A stretch of DNA of 64,000 nucleotides from a virus. A program made the translations under genes and the position numbers. Every line of letters begins with the position of its first letter. Within the stretch, counting starts at the first letter, position 1. Shown one piece after another: positions 51,401 to 59,298 of this stretch. The notes beneath the pieces are model-generated. The model saw nothing but the letters and a program-made list of their open reading frames with translations. It ran no database searches and had not been told where the DNA came from. The stretch spans positions 1 to 64,000 of the IMG/VR virus record IMGVR_UViG_3300025598_000023. The stretch is one strand, 5' to 3'.

Positions 51401-53453
51401 ATTTAACGTAGAAAATGTTGCAGACGTTTATGGTTCACAAGCAGAAGACACATACATTCAAAGTTTGTTTACTGACACTGGTTTAGGATTGCGACCAGAA
51501 GATATTAATATTGTTGGCGGTGATTTCTATGATGCTTACAGCAGCCATGCACCAGAAGAATTTGTGCCTGGTCAAGTATTAGATACACTTGATATTAAAG
51601 TAACTACCACTCCTATTGCAAATGGCGGACCAGATATTAAAATCTTTACTGTAAATTATCAAGGTTTAAAAACATTTAGTTTTGATAAAGCAATAACTGG
51701 TGTTGACTATCCAGTTGGTGGTATTGAAAAGTTTTATATCGTTGACCATTTACAAGGTCCACTTGCTGAATCTGTTAATTATAGTGTAAACTGGCAAAAT
51801 AAAACTATCAGTCTAAACTACACACCACAGAGCGGAACTTATTTTTATTCCATGATGATTGGCTCAAACGGTGTAAATCCAGTATATGATCAAGATTATT
51901 ATGGTGATGGTGTTCAAACTGATTTTGCTGTAAACGGTTGGACTCTAAACACAGTTAAGCAAGCATATGTTAAAGTAAATGGTATAGCTGTATCTAATTG
52001 GAGTTTAGTGAATATTACACAGAATGGTGTTGGAACTCTGGCAGTTCGTTTTGCAACACCTCCACATGTTAATGATTATATTCAAGTTCATTTATATAAT
52101 GTTGCACTTGGAACTCGTGCGTATAGCGAATGGTATGAGCAAACATTTACTGTGCCAAATGCAAGTTATCCAAGTGGATATAATTTTACTTTAGCCAATC
52201 CAGAAATATACTCACAGCCAATCTCTGCTTATGCTATTGTAAGATTGAATAATAGTGACTTATTACCACCACAACAAAGTTATTATATTGGGGATGGTAT
52301 CACAACAAACTATAGTTTAACAAACAGTTGGACAGAAACAATTGCAAATATTGTTGATACAGAAATTATGGTTTTGGTTAATAAGGTTCTACTTACACGT
52401 AATATTGATTACACTGTGTATCATGATCCACTTAATATTGCAACACCTGTAATACAATTCACAACTGCACCAGCAAGCGGAACTTCAATTGTAATAAGTG
52501 ATGCAAGCCAATGTGATTTTAGAATTTATGATGGAAATCAACTTTGGATTAGCCAAAACGTTGTAATACCACAAAATAGTGTAATTACTGTTTTATCTCA
52601 AGGCAATCACGATGCAAATAATCAATATACCAAGTTGTTTAGTGGTAGCACAAGCAATAATAGCTTCTTGGATAACGGTTTAGATAGTGGTGGATTTGAT
52701 GCTCTTGGTTTTGATAATGAACTTTCTAATTTGATTGGACAAGTTTACTATACATTGCCTACTGCTGTATCAAATATAAATCAAATCTATATAACTTTGA
52801 AAACACCTAATACAACTGGTGGTAAACCATTGTTACCATATACAGATTATGTGTTAGTAAACCCAACAACTATCGTATTAAGTAGCACACTTAATATCAG
52901 TGGCGCAAGTGTTATTGCGGTTCGTATTTTTGGTAATCCAATACGTGAACATAACGTAGAATTTAGAATATTCAAAGATATGCGTGATACTACTCGTTAT
53001 TATGCGGTGAAAAATAATAAAACAATTCTGTCTGCAAATTTAATGCCAAGCGACAGTTGGGTTTATGTTGAAAACGTGGATGTATTACAGAATCCAGAAC
53101 CATCAACAAATACTGCTGGTGTTGTTATTATTAATGGTGAACGTATTACATATGGCGTTATTGACACTATAAACAAGCGTTTAGGAAACTTGCGCCGTGG
53201 CACGGCTGGCACAGGATTGTATAATAACCATGTTGCTGGCAGTGTTGTATATGATAGTGGCAACTTATTAGAAATTCCAAATAGTCGTGAAACTTACACA
53301 GTGGCAACTAACCCAACATATATAACAAATGGAAACATTTCACTTTATGTTGCTGCCAATAGCACAATACGACAAAGCCACATGTTTGTAAATTTGGGTG
53401 AAAGTATTCAAACAAGTAACACACCATATGCACAATTTATTAGGGCACAGTAA
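39456..53453 (+). CDS. Giant 4665-aa baseplate wedge/structural protein (gp7 position)
   Basis: Follows gp6; VKPYHT motif; FG-GAP-like, GDG..T.F and W....Y..D/N.V repeats. Confidence 0.7.
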   Translation: MAKRKSENFLPQVFRTLGNKRFLNATMDPLIQEPSLKKMYGYIGQQDQSPVYSTSDYYINENDSYSQFYQLEPGVVIKKRQLGTNTYKVSNVYNYVDLLNQISADGGLNNNHDRLFTNRYYSYNGFVDLDKLTNYRQYYWVPGGPMPVDVTADLTPTQKDFYFHRVSYVANNQTELQSAALGETGYSVDGYNNVVNPTITLVRGGSYNFYVNQTTQFWIQTEIETSGTSTVQSNISTRDVLGVSNNGTESGIVTFTVPLSTAQDYLINYPTLGQTVDIIVDDITYEELQGVNYDNFVLQYSLDGVRSFDGKYVVLTSNTGWADVDSSQWHGVWRINVDPVTRLMNLTYIAAWDNLYKVFVNQGDVYGHVYAYKNNVGVVTKFPTLSAAQNVLYYVDAENQLVYGTIRLVDPTPNSLLNVNDIIGKTNYTSPNGVQFTTGLKVKFTGLVVPSEYQGNEYIVEGVGSSIKLVKYSDLVTPETINTNLGSSFGNSRGFDADGTGFDGTTNSPEIKDYITINRASVDGNSWSRNNRWFHRDVLQAAANYNNTNYAFDSNQQAKRPIVEFLPNLKLYNYGQNYRGYITCFDNVTTSAFSQIEGVNSYAVPKGTYDSKNNRFVYNSDGIQLLNGVTVVFINDIDPTVRATLYQVQNNKTRTAATYNPITIGYSGADSTQLFINELGNITLGQHVTGTGIAQNTTVLNVDTVNNVVTISNPITSEIPIGQTIYFDNSFDQIHLVPIKTFSDGDTVVAMEGVNNQGNMYYYANGTWTLAQIRNSRPQAPLFDIVDANSISLSDQTAYPSSNFTGSQLFGYAVNLTPNAKRDSELGFALVYKSIGNLGDIVFQNYYATDTFDYNLNQIDTVKNVNTGYAAVINSYNNYSFANGWFRVSDKTKQYITKTYNATVIQLNNFDLGVVYNNSYYENNIFVYVNGVLQSRDKYTLQTSSITSVVKFTNDVVIGDRIFVKIYGTSAQYKQTYTMPRNLTNNSENSEFTTITLGQVRNHLIEVGNNLLNLVGEPAGANNFRDLNFNYVGGKLLQHSSSLRPAALLFANSDVDPVQIIRFAADSYTNFKNQLLDYINNREFADPTNYAACLDSVLKEFVNLSIISSPFYYTDMAASGNDYLKNTYTVNNTTYRSYNLTQDFSDNNKGYRSLLVYLNGVLLLKNIDYVINSKVITINDSVTISRNDVIEVVEYSSTAGCNIPATPTKLGIYPKFTPQITVDDSYVVPTTVIIGHDGSITTAYGDYRDNILLEFEKRVYNNITVTYANNTDYDLPSVVPGAFRKTDYSLTEWTQLLTPAYLRWSTINNVNVFDNTTTTGNEFTWNYSSGVDKLFYNPVPGYWRGIYSYFYDTDRPHTHPWEMLGFAEKPTWWELRYGPAPYSSANNVLWTDLELGFVYGGNPNLSYINSRYSRPGLSQIIPVDEHGNLVPPNLSVITNYDVATASQNWQVGDQSPQETAWRRSVDFPFAVMIAWCLARPAEWCALKYNTRDLTYVAALNQIINTKTNNRTFDFTATSANDYIPGYNVWLRDYLTSNNLDIIENWNNVVNNSTFNLVYKMGAYTDKSYLTVVADQVSPQSTNSSVIIPQENYQVKVTKSAPVARAVYSAVVVQKVTNGFQITGFDKERPYFLTIPSRVSSNNYGIAVGNQTAIIYLDAAEGIVTYPYGTIFNTTQQVVDFLISYGRYLESQGFSFNEFLSDNSTKSDWTLAAKEFLFWEQQDWGDSTVISLTPTGTSVNFNSLFGIVDTITNTNNYTKIINSDNVTLTGRDYRVYRDDNNFSVTLKNAQKGIHLLDIAIVQYEHTLIFDNNTVFNDILYDEQTGSRQFRLRIDGSKTQDWNGSLYAPGFFVNVSDIPQWAAYTDYYTGDIVLFKDKYYAAQKFIPGTQKFATSDWYLINGDLLSKNLIPNMASGAAQFINFHDPDATDLNSAADALSKSETGFSPRQYFTDLGLDNTSQYKFYLGMIAQKGTQAVLNAYLRNYQKRIDSNIKVNEQWAIKLDNYGGTNDNDKLEFNIGNATSINNQYLFQFINDTDVRSVEYNSVKPSDLLYKPRSYTTEIFALTEPRKQIIPTAGPVNTSDVSATVFDISKIYNISALSSILGEGSKIWIAADTSNQWGVYRLSSTAPLTVVSVTQVSPTELQFTTNVAHNLSQFDYIMLKNGKVLGTVSSATVVDLSGFYKVSSATNNTFNVKIMNNISIGTGSLAATMLKLINVRYSTGNDFANFIPVRGWNSGEIVYIDNGPNGYNVLQNTNNWAYAQTKSPTYTVPSDNYGSSVKINHSQGFAIVGAPNKNTSGSAFIYGKRQDNTWQEIGILTPDSRVRGFGSNVDINTNDIAFLSAPTTNKGVVYTANVSSQQIQLTQAIHYDNLYVISAGISQSNAYLLISNVNVFDATANIAVQANYSLANFANGMAVAVPGANSTIQIANISYGYPYHKIGLTANLATLGLTISGSTKVAIYSNVTPQSQFGYSISASGDGNWLYVGEPTTNSVYVYKYNTVAPVTSLRQGDGVSTSFSYPSGATGSENDVKVYVDGALKIPYLDYIKTPGQNAITFDVAPTGGYVANVLTTSGGVGYYYGNTSVTFSPPLSGVTATGNVWIYPNTAIGGVIITNPGKGYGSLAPTATISSTSGSGAILTPVLYNANIAIVYESHWTETNRIVTDDPQVGGFGTSVSTNYDGSVVVIGAANSSATFSSTYNNAGKTYIYDRTAEVFVADGATTTFQLSNALANLTTITTPTLTTNPTIFVDGVIAQPTVNYSTNSITFGNAPARGSTITVQTNQFINTKIGTTDVGQQNSNYGTAVKISSDGSSVFSSATGYGLSSSQNGVVFYLLNIPQKYGTAIGSKSNFTMTANNAVRINDQLVTFTGGSVTQTVNDINAANIPHVTASVLSNNAISITTTDVNSAAKLRLRNEVGDPLNTMGIVQWHTIQRLNNPIAQDTAHFGEILSLSPDGNSLVVGSTLSNTKAKTTFDNNTTTFDINNIKFIDTVYRSGAAHIYEYQTLSDENYSSYGSYAYGTLINDQFANSFDRYSTGVDISDNFILVGAPQAKILGNQTGALYVYYNPNAQPIWQSIRSGGVDYDSRKIDRAYIYNSTTAKLIADLPVYDLTNGYLPNESETYLDFVINYDPAVYNKVPTTISFNYDRKNAWGKEKVGKLWWDINSIKYYDNTQGSTLDRFNYWGLAFPASTVNVYEWIESSVPPSQYVGSSANNTPLYTINEVYSSHVEIDSATGLAVTKYYFWVKNSTLSSGSRPSALEIQGQISLPRASSEPFAAVISPNAIALFNAKNLISIDTNMVIEYKDVLKPQLTHAEWTMFDDGTDLGVAYEFLNKLNDSLTGQDSSGRIVPDPKLPIGQRYGMDVKLRQSLFKDQYTGRKLFVENVNQVCTTYPMVLTRGAAIAALDSYDPIPDSTHYKTVVANITELGYLDTNTYLAGDQVLVLSDSNSYNNGWSLYRLNVVFPNTRTWEIIQVQTYNLNNYWSYADWYSNQYNPQAQPKYTVTTENDISNLQLNVGDIIYVTNSSNGGWKLVLVTINSLELLAQQNATIQFNTNLYDLVAANQGFQTSSFQSVGFDSDSNLEFNKIFNIIRDELLINEYRSNFKDLVKLMIDTIATQHQQTDWLMKTSLVDLYHRVRGLDQLPVYLPQPETTVTSFFSEVKPYHTKLKQYIATYDNTDSIDVAYNNVTDFDLQPYKNSVVNKYRSPQLGNSLDTNALETQSVYQPWLNNHSYGVKRVDTVTGGVGYDANTTVTIVGDGTGATAQAYVVNGSVYTITVTNSGVGYTYAKAYIFGVGTGATATVILGNGLARTTNTIIKYDRYTYFNNIQDWAANTSYTVNTVVVYNAQPYRVITAHTSGTTFDSTKFVQLVVKVWYPETQYALNDVVIYKNTSYTVNETFTSALTFDTANLTAYNGLWLDNACDRVWAYYAPKSGMAGRDLAQVMTGMEYSGNQIIGPNFNQTPGYDVNNYDYIAYDYETFNVENVADVYGSQAEDTYIQSLFTDTGLGLRPEDINIVGGDFYDAYSSHAPEEFVPGQVLDTLDIKVTTTPIANGGPDIKIFTVNYQGLKTFSFDKAITGVDYPVGGIEKFYIVDHLQGPLAESVNYSVNWQNKTISLNYTPQSGTYFYSMMIGSNGVNPVYDQDYYGDGVQTDFAVNGWTLNTVKQAYVKVNGIAVSNWSLVNITQNGVGTLAVRFATPPHVNDYIQVHLYNVALGTRAYSEWYEQTFTVPNASYPSGYNFTLANPEIYSQPISAYAIVRLNNSDLLPPQQSYYIGDGITTNYSLTNSWTETIANIVDTEIMVLVNKVLLTRNIDYTVYHDPLNIATPVIQFTTAPASGTSIVISDASQCDFRIYDGNQLWISQNVVIPQNSVITVLSQGNHDANNQYTKLFSGSTSNNSFLDNGLDSGGFDALGFDNELSNLIGQVYYTLPTAVSNINQIYITLKTPNTTGGKPLLPYTDYVLVNPTTIVLSSTLNISGASVIAVRIFGNPIREHNVEFRIFKDMRDTTRYYAVKNNKTILSANLMPSDSWVYVENVDVLQNPEPSTNTAGVVIINGERITYGVIDTINKRLGNLRRGTAGTGLYNNHVAGSVVYDSGNLLEIPNSRETYTVATNPTYITNGNISLYVAANSTIRQSHMFVNLGESIQTSNTPYAQFIRAQ

Positions 53454-53515
53454 TGAAAAAACCAGAGATTATTAAACCAATAAATACTAATAATACAAAA
53501 ATCGGAAGTGAAAAG

Positions 53516-54136
53516 ATGAATCGTCCTAATGAAACAAGTGGTATTGCACTAAGTGGTCATATTAAAATCTTTGATCCGCAAAGTGGCGAAGTGTTTGTGA
53601 ACAAGCGCAATGCAATTCACTATGAAAACTTCTCACTTGCACTTGCTCAAAGTATAAGCAACCAACAACAAGGTTGGATAAGTGAGATGGCATTTGGTAA
53701 TGGTGGTACAAGCGTTGACCCAACTGGTGTAATTACATACCTTCCAACTAATACTACTGGTAGTAATAGTGCTCTGTACAACCAAACTTATTATAAAGTA
53801 GTTGATAATTATAGCAATTATAATACTGACCCCACAAGAAATAATATTAGTATTCGCCACACCAGTGGCACTGTTTATAGCGATATTTTTGTAACTTGCA
53901 CACTGGATTATGGTGAGCCAAGTGGTCAGCAAGCATTTGACAATACTACAAATTTTAATGATACTTTTGTATTTGATGAACTTGGACTTAAAGCATGGAA
54001 TGGCGTTGCAGTCGATCAAGGTATGTTGCTAACTCATGTTATTTTCCACCCAATACAAAAAAGTCTCAACCGTTTAATTCAAATTGATTATACGGTTCGT
54101 ATTCAAACTCTAACTAACTTGACTTCACAGGTATAA
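53516..54136 (+). CDS. Baseplate-associated structural protein
   Basis: KRNAIH, FDELGL, LLTHVIFHPIQKS, IDYTVRI. Start is either 53453 or 53516 (after TAAATA at 53481). Confidence 0.65.
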   Translation: MNRPNETSGIALSGHIKIFDPQSGEVFVNKRNAIHYENFSLALAQSISNQQQGWISEMAFGNGGTSVDPTGVITYLPTNTTGSNSALYNQTYYKVVDNYSNYNTDPTRNNISIRHTSGTVYSDIFVTCTLDYGEPSGQQAFDNTTNFNDTFVFDELGLKAWNGVAVDQGMLLTHVIFHPIQKSLNRLIQIDYTVRIQTLTNLTSQV

Positions 54137-54138
54137 TC

Positions 54139-55092
54139 ATGACATTTTACATTAACTATACTAACGGTGCAAATTTAGCAGCAATAAGTGATGGAACAAT
54201 TAATACAAGTGCAACTAGTATTACACTTATTGGAAAGAATTTTCCAACTTATGGACAATTATTAAACCAAAATTTAGTTAGTATGTTAGAGAATTTTGCA
54301 AATACAACAAGTCCAAATAATCCATTAGTTGGACAAATTTGGTATAATTCAAGCAATACAAGTTTGCAATTTTATCGTAGTGGTGCTACTAGTAATTTCT
54401 GGCAGTATATTCCAAATATTACATATAGTGCATCTACACCTGAAAGTCCACAGCAAAATGATATTTGGTGGGACAGCACAAATCAACAGTTGAAATATTA
54501 TGACCAAATGAATTGGATTACAATTGGTCCACAAACTACTAATGATGGACTAAATCGTGTAAGTGGAACTAATAGTTTTATTGTTCAGATCGGTGGCAAT
54601 AACGTCTTTACTGTTGATGCTTATGGTCGTTTGAATGCTGCATATAATCCAGTTGTTCAAATGCTTGGAGCATCAAGCCCAACTACAAGCAGTGGATTAA
54701 CATCTCCTACTACATTTACAAACACAACGATGTATCTAAACATTGGTAACTTTTTTAATTCATCTACTGGTATTTTTACTTGTCCAGTCTCTGGAATTTA
54801 TCAAGTAAGTGCTAGTATATCAACTATTGGCAATCCATCCAGTCCAAACAGCCAACTTAACACAAAGATTAGTTGGTGGAAAAACCAAGCTGATAGTGGT
54901 ATTTTGAGTGCATCTATTACTGAAAATGTAGTAACAAGTGGTGGTGGTAGTGTAAGCACAAAAATACCACTTAATGCTTTTGGTTATCTACAATGCAGTG
55001 CTGGTGATTTACTACAATGTGTTTGGTATGGTGATGTTGGTGACCAAGTAGATAATGCTACTCTAAACCTGAGCATAAGATTAGTTCAATAA
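54139..55092 (+). CDS. Short fibre with C1q-like C-terminal domain
   Basis: Shared N-terminal LIGKN..YG..NQN..LENFA domain; FNSSTGIFTCPVSGIYQVSA is gC1q-like. Confidence 0.7.
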   Translation: MTFYINYTNGANLAAISDGTINTSATSITLIGKNFPTYGQLLNQNLVSMLENFANTTSPNNPLVGQIWYNSSNTSLQFYRSGATSNFWQYIPNITYSASTPESPQQNDIWWDSTNQQLKYYDQMNWITIGPQTTNDGLNRVSGTNSFIVQIGGNNVFTVDAYGRLNAAYNPVVQMLGASSPTTSSGLTSPTTFTNTTMYLNIGNFFNSSTGIFTCPVSGIYQVSASISTIGNPSSPNSQLNTKISWWKNQADSGILSASITENVVTSGGGSVSTKIPLNAFGYLQCSAGDLLQCVWYGDVGDQVDNATLNLSIRLVQ

Positions 55093-55121
55093 CCAATAAA
55101 TAATAATGTTGGGAAGTTGCA

Positions 55122-56750
55122 ATGTCTTATAGCGTTAAAAATTCAGCACAAACAGTTACATACACAGTTGCAGATGGCGCAGCTAATACAAATGCTATAA
55201 GTTTAACATTTCTTGGAAAAAATGAAACCAATTACGGAACATATCTAAATCAAAACTTTTTATGGTTATTAGAAAACTTTAGTAATACAAGTTCTAATCC
55301 ACCAAACTATCCTGTGCAAGGTCAATTGTGGTGGGACAGCACTCATAAGTTTTTGAATGTATATGACGGTGTTAACTGGAATACAGTTTATGGCAATATT
55401 GCAAACTTAAATGTCAATAATAGTGCAAGTTTTAGCACAATTACTGCTGCCACAATAGGTAATAGTGGAACCATCTATACAGGTTTGAGTGCAAATCTTG
55501 TTGGCGGAGTTACAAGTGTTGGACAAAATTTTAATGCTAATCCTGTAAGCACAGACGCTGGCAGAATATTTGGGGTTTATAATCTTAACTACATGCCAGG
55601 CGCTAGTTATAGCCCTTCTGATAATCGTATTTTTGATTTTGGAGTTACTACTGGTAATATTGCATATGTTAGAACAAATGGTTCTAATGGAGTACAATGG
55701 TATGCGGCTGGTAATGGAACAAGTTTTAATAATGCAGTGCTCCCAATTAGTAACGCGAGTATAAACCTTGGCAGTACAACTAATTACTGGAATAACATTT
55801 ATGGTGCTAATGTTTATGGTGTAAATGTTAACGCAGCCAATGGAACATTTCTTACAAGTTTGGGTGTTGGAACAAATTCGCCGCTGTATACACTTGACGT
55901 AAAGAGTCCAAGTGGCGAGTACCGAACTGCTATTTTTGAAACAGCAAGCACACTTGGTCCATCAGTTCAAATTAAAGGTAGTAAAATTTACGAACTAAGA
56001 AGCACTGATACTGGTGCAAGTGAAGGTGCTGGATTATTTTTTATCTATGATAAAGATAATAATGTTTCTCGCTTTACTGTGAATAGTAACGGTTATATAG
56101 GTATCGGTGGAGTAACATCACCAACTGCACCATTAGATGTAAATGGTAATATTACTGCACGTGCTGCAAATATCTATGCAGCAAATCAAATTGCAAATAC
56201 TGCAATATACAGTGCATCATATTATTGGGCAAATGGCACACCATTTGTAAGTTCAAATTATGGCAACACACAAGTTGCTGGTTATCTTGGTGTTGTTGCA
56301 ACAAGTATTGTTCCTTCTGTTAGCAACACTTATACTTTAGGTAGTTCAACAAATTGGTGGACTACAGCCTATACGCAAAGCGTACAGGCAAAATACGCTG
56401 ACTTGGCTGAAAAATACTTACCTGATGCTGATTATGAAGTTGGCACCGTAATGATGGTTGGTGGCGTCAATGAAGTAACACAGCACGATGGCAGCAACGT
56501 TCGTGCTATTGGAGTTATAAGTGAATATCCAGCTTATACGATGAATAGTGATCAAGAAGGCGGTGTATACATTGCACTTAAAGGTCGTGTGCCCGTTAGA
56601 GCTATCGGTCCTATTAAAAAAGGTCAAGCACTTATTGGAACTGCTCATGGTTTAGCAATCGCGCAAACAGATGACAGCCAGTGGATGTTTGCAATATCAC
56701 TACAAGACTTGAATGATAGTGTAGGCATAGTAGAAGCTGTAATACTTTAA
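55122..56750 (+). CDS. Fibre protein with C-terminal YADLAE intramolecular-chaperone-like domain
   Basis: Same N-terminal domain; GVGT..P...LDV repeats; KYADLAEKY..IALKGRVPV. Confidence 0.75.
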   Translation: MSYSVKNSAQTVTYTVADGAANTNAISLTFLGKNETNYGTYLNQNFLWLLENFSNTSSNPPNYPVQGQLWWDSTHKFLNVYDGVNWNTVYGNIANLNVNNSASFSTITAATIGNSGTIYTGLSANLVGGVTSVGQNFNANPVSTDAGRIFGVYNLNYMPGASYSPSDNRIFDFGVTTGNIAYVRTNGSNGVQWYAAGNGTSFNNAVLPISNASINLGSTTNYWNNIYGANVYGVNVNAANGTFLTSLGVGTNSPLYTLDVKSPSGEYRTAIFETASTLGPSVQIKGSKIYELRSTDTGASEGAGLFFIYDKDNNVSRFTVNSNGYIGIGGVTSPTAPLDVNGNITARAANIYAANQIANTAIYSASYYWANGTPFVSSNYGNTQVAGYLGVVATSIVPSVSNTYTLGSSTNWWTTAYTQSVQAKYADLAEKYLPDADYEVGTVMMVGGVNEVTQHDGSNVRAIGVISEYPAYTMNSDQEGGVYIALKGRVPVRAIGPIKKGQALIGTAHGLAIAQTDDSQWMFAISLQDLNDSVGIVEAVIL

Positions 56751-56778
56751 CTAAATATATTTAAAGTGGGTTTTTGCA

Positions 56779-57975
56779 ATGTCTTATACATTAACAGTAG
56801 TTAATCACACACCAATTACGATTCAAAACGGCTCAACCGATAATACAACAAGTTTAACTTTGGTTGGTAAAAATTATCCGAATTATGGTCAACTACTACA
56901 ACAAGATTTAATTAATTTGCTACAAAATTGGGCTGGTTCAAGTCAGCCCGTGAGTGCAGTAACAGGTCAACTTTGGTGGAATACAACATCAAATTCTCTA
57001 CAAATCTATACTGGATCAGCTTTTAAAACAGTTGGTGGTGCCACTGTAAGTGCTACAGCACCTACTGCAACTCCAATACAAGGTGATTTTTGGTTCAAGA
57101 GCGATGACCAGACTGTTTATGTCTATAATGGCAGCAGTTGGGCATTAGTGGGACCAAGTTATACAAGTGCACAGCAGTATACTACTTCAATTGGTATGAC
57201 TATTACTGATAATACTAGTTCAAGTCATACTGTTTTGGCTTACTTTGTGGGTAACTACCTTACTGGTATTCTAAGCAAAGACCCTGCATTTACACCAGTA
57301 AATGGTGTAACTACAGATGGAAAGACCATAAGCACTTTGTCAACAAGTGGTTTTAGCACTATATTACCTGGTTATAATATCAATACTACAATCTTTGGTG
57401 GTTCAACTCCACCACTAAGTGGATTGCTTGTAACTAATGCACAACCTTATATTACAAGCCTTGGAAATTTAACTTCACTTAATGTTAATGGCACGTCTAC
57501 TTTTACAGGTTCTATTCTTCCAAGTACAAGTAATGCTTATACATTGGGTAGTTCAACATATTGGTGGGCAACTGCTTATACCCAAAGTATTCAGGCAAAG
57601 TATGCTGACTTGGCAGAAAATTATTTAAGTGATGATTTGTATGAGCCAGGCACAGTAGTTGAATTTGGCGGTGATGCAGAAATTACAATTTCTACCACAA
57701 TAGGCGGAACAAATGTTGCTGGCGTTATCTCTACAAAACCAGCTTATCTTATGAATCAGAATGATAATCCATTTATGTTACCAGTTGCTCTACAAGGACG
57801 TGTTCCATGTAAAGTAGTTGGACCAGTAACTAAAGGTGACCTTTTAGTAAGTAATGGTTCAGGAGCAGCAATGGCTACTGCAGAACCAAAAGTAGGTAGT
57901 GTAATTGGCAAAGCATTGCAATCAATAGCTGATACAAATATTCAAACAATAGAAGTGGTGGTTGGGGTAAGATAA
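56779..57975 (+). CDS. Fibre protein with C-terminal YADLAE domain
   Basis: Paralog of the previous gene; KYADLAENY..VALQGRVPCKV. Confidence 0.75.
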   Translation: MSYTLTVVNHTPITIQNGSTDNTTSLTLVGKNYPNYGQLLQQDLINLLQNWAGSSQPVSAVTGQLWWNTTSNSLQIYTGSAFKTVGGATVSATAPTATPIQGDFWFKSDDQTVYVYNGSSWALVGPSYTSAQQYTTSIGMTITDNTSSSHTVLAYFVGNYLTGILSKDPAFTPVNGVTTDGKTISTLSTSGFSTILPGYNINTTIFGGSTPPLSGLLVTNAQPYITSLGNLTSLNVNGTSTFTGSILPSTSNAYTLGSSTYWWATAYTQSIQAKYADLAENYLSDDLYEPGTVVEFGGDAEITISTTIGGTNVAGVISTKPAYLMNQNDNPFMLPVALQGRVPCKVVGPVTKGDLLVSNGSGAAMATAEPKVGSVIGKALQSIADTNIQTIEVVVGVR

Positions 57976-58370
57976 TGTCTACATTAGCAATTGCAAATTA
58001 TACAGAAGATTCTTATGATACAAATTTACTTGTTGTAATTGATGGTGACAAAAGTGGTGTTGCACTTGCAACACAATCACACGACCCACGTGTTTTGGGT
58101 GTAACTACTGATTTAACAAATGCTGAATTAGTTTTAGGTGAATTTGGTAATGATGGAACATTACCTATGATTGCTGTTGGTGGCAAAGTTCAACTTTATG
58201 TTCAAGGACCAGTAAATCGTGGTGATTGTATTGTTACAAGCAACCAACCTGGTATTGGTCAAAAACTTGATCCTACAAAGTGGGTACCTGGTTGTATCGT
58301 TGGTAAAACACTTGATAATATTGATGATTCAAGTGTAAGTTTAGTAACAGTGGTGGTTGGTTTACACTAA
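57975..58370 (+). CDS. Stand-alone YADLAE-like (peptidase G2/IMC-like) domain protein
   Basis: LAIANY..VLGV..IAVGGKVQLYVQGPVNRGDCIVTS..IVGKTL aligns by eye to the C-termini of the two upstream fibres. Confidence 0.6.
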   Translation: MSTLAIANYTEDSYDTNLLVVIDGDKSGVALATQSHDPRVLGVTTDLTNAELVLGEFGNDGTLPMIAVGGKVQLYVQGPVNRGDCIVTSNQPGIGQKLDPTKWVPGCIVGKTLDNIDDSSVSLVTVVVGLH

Positions 58371-58391
58371 ATATACTGTGGGAAATAGAAT

Positions 58392-59297
58392 ATGACTTAT
58401 GCTAGTGGTGGTTTAATTCAGGCAAGTGATTATAATGGTTTTGCAACCAGTGTAAACCAATTATGGGGCACTGGTAGCGGTAGCTATGGTTATGGTCAAA
58501 GCACAACTATCTCACAATCACAAACTGCTGGCACTGTTGTTCCTGCTTCTGATTGGGCAACACTTATTGCTCGTATGAGCACTATGCAACAACATCAGTA
58601 TAATAATACGACTGGCATTCCTTCACAACCAAGCAGCGGTGGTATTGTAACTTATCTTAGTCAGATTTCTACAGCTATCACGAGTTTGCAAAATAACCGC
58701 TTCCAATCATATACATCAACAATAAGTCCTGTTATAGCAAGCACAACCAATTCATCATCTTGGTATACAAGCAGTGTGAAAACATTTACTATAGCTTTTG
58801 GCAGCGATAACCAAGCTCGATATTTCTTTAATTGTGGTGGATACATTAAAATTGATTCCAGTGGTAATAGTATAACCAGTCCAAACGGTGGAACTGCGTG
58901 GAATAGTTTTGTTAATACTGGATTTAATAATTATTTTCTTTTTGCTACAAGTTCTCAACATAGCGGAACTGTTGGAACTTATACTCGTAGCACTTATTTA
59001 AGTGCAAGCGGGTTTTATAATTTAACAAGCACACCTACATCATTTTTGACAATGACGGAAACTGGAACTGGTAACACAAACTACAACGCTAACTCTATTG
59101 ATTTAAAATATAGTTATAATGGAAGTGGAACAATTACTGTAACATTAACACTAACGGATAATGATACAAATCCATTTGGTTACACAAATACTGGTTCAAC
59201 TAATGCTTTTATTCAATATTGGTATCCTGAAACTACGTACATATCTAATACGTGGGGTTCTACTACAACTGTTAATACCGTAAATACCCAAAGTTAA
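58392..59297 (+). CDS. Virion structural protein (short fibre/baseplate-associated)
   Basis: Ser/Thr-rich, ARYFFNCGG motif, TAAATA box upstream. Confidence 0.6.
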   Translation: MTYASGGLIQASDYNGFATSVNQLWGTGSGSYGYGQSTTISQSQTAGTVVPASDWATLIARMSTMQQHQYNNTTGIPSQPSSGGIVTYLSQISTAITSLQNNRFQSYTSTISPVIASTTNSSSWYTSSVKTFTIAFGSDNQARYFFNCGGYIKIDSSGNSITSPNGGTAWNSFVNTGFNNYFLFATSSQHSGTVGTYTRSTYLSASGFYNLTSTPTSFLTMTETGTGNTNYNANSIDLKYSYNGSGTITVTLTLTDNDTNPFGYTNTGSTNAFIQYWYPETTYISNTWGSTTTVNTVNTQS

Positions 59298-59298
59298 T

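Noticed and set aside
524-58370. Diversity-generating retroelement targeting fibres
   Set aside because: No reverse transcriptase in the window and no adenine-specific template/variable repeat pair noticed.
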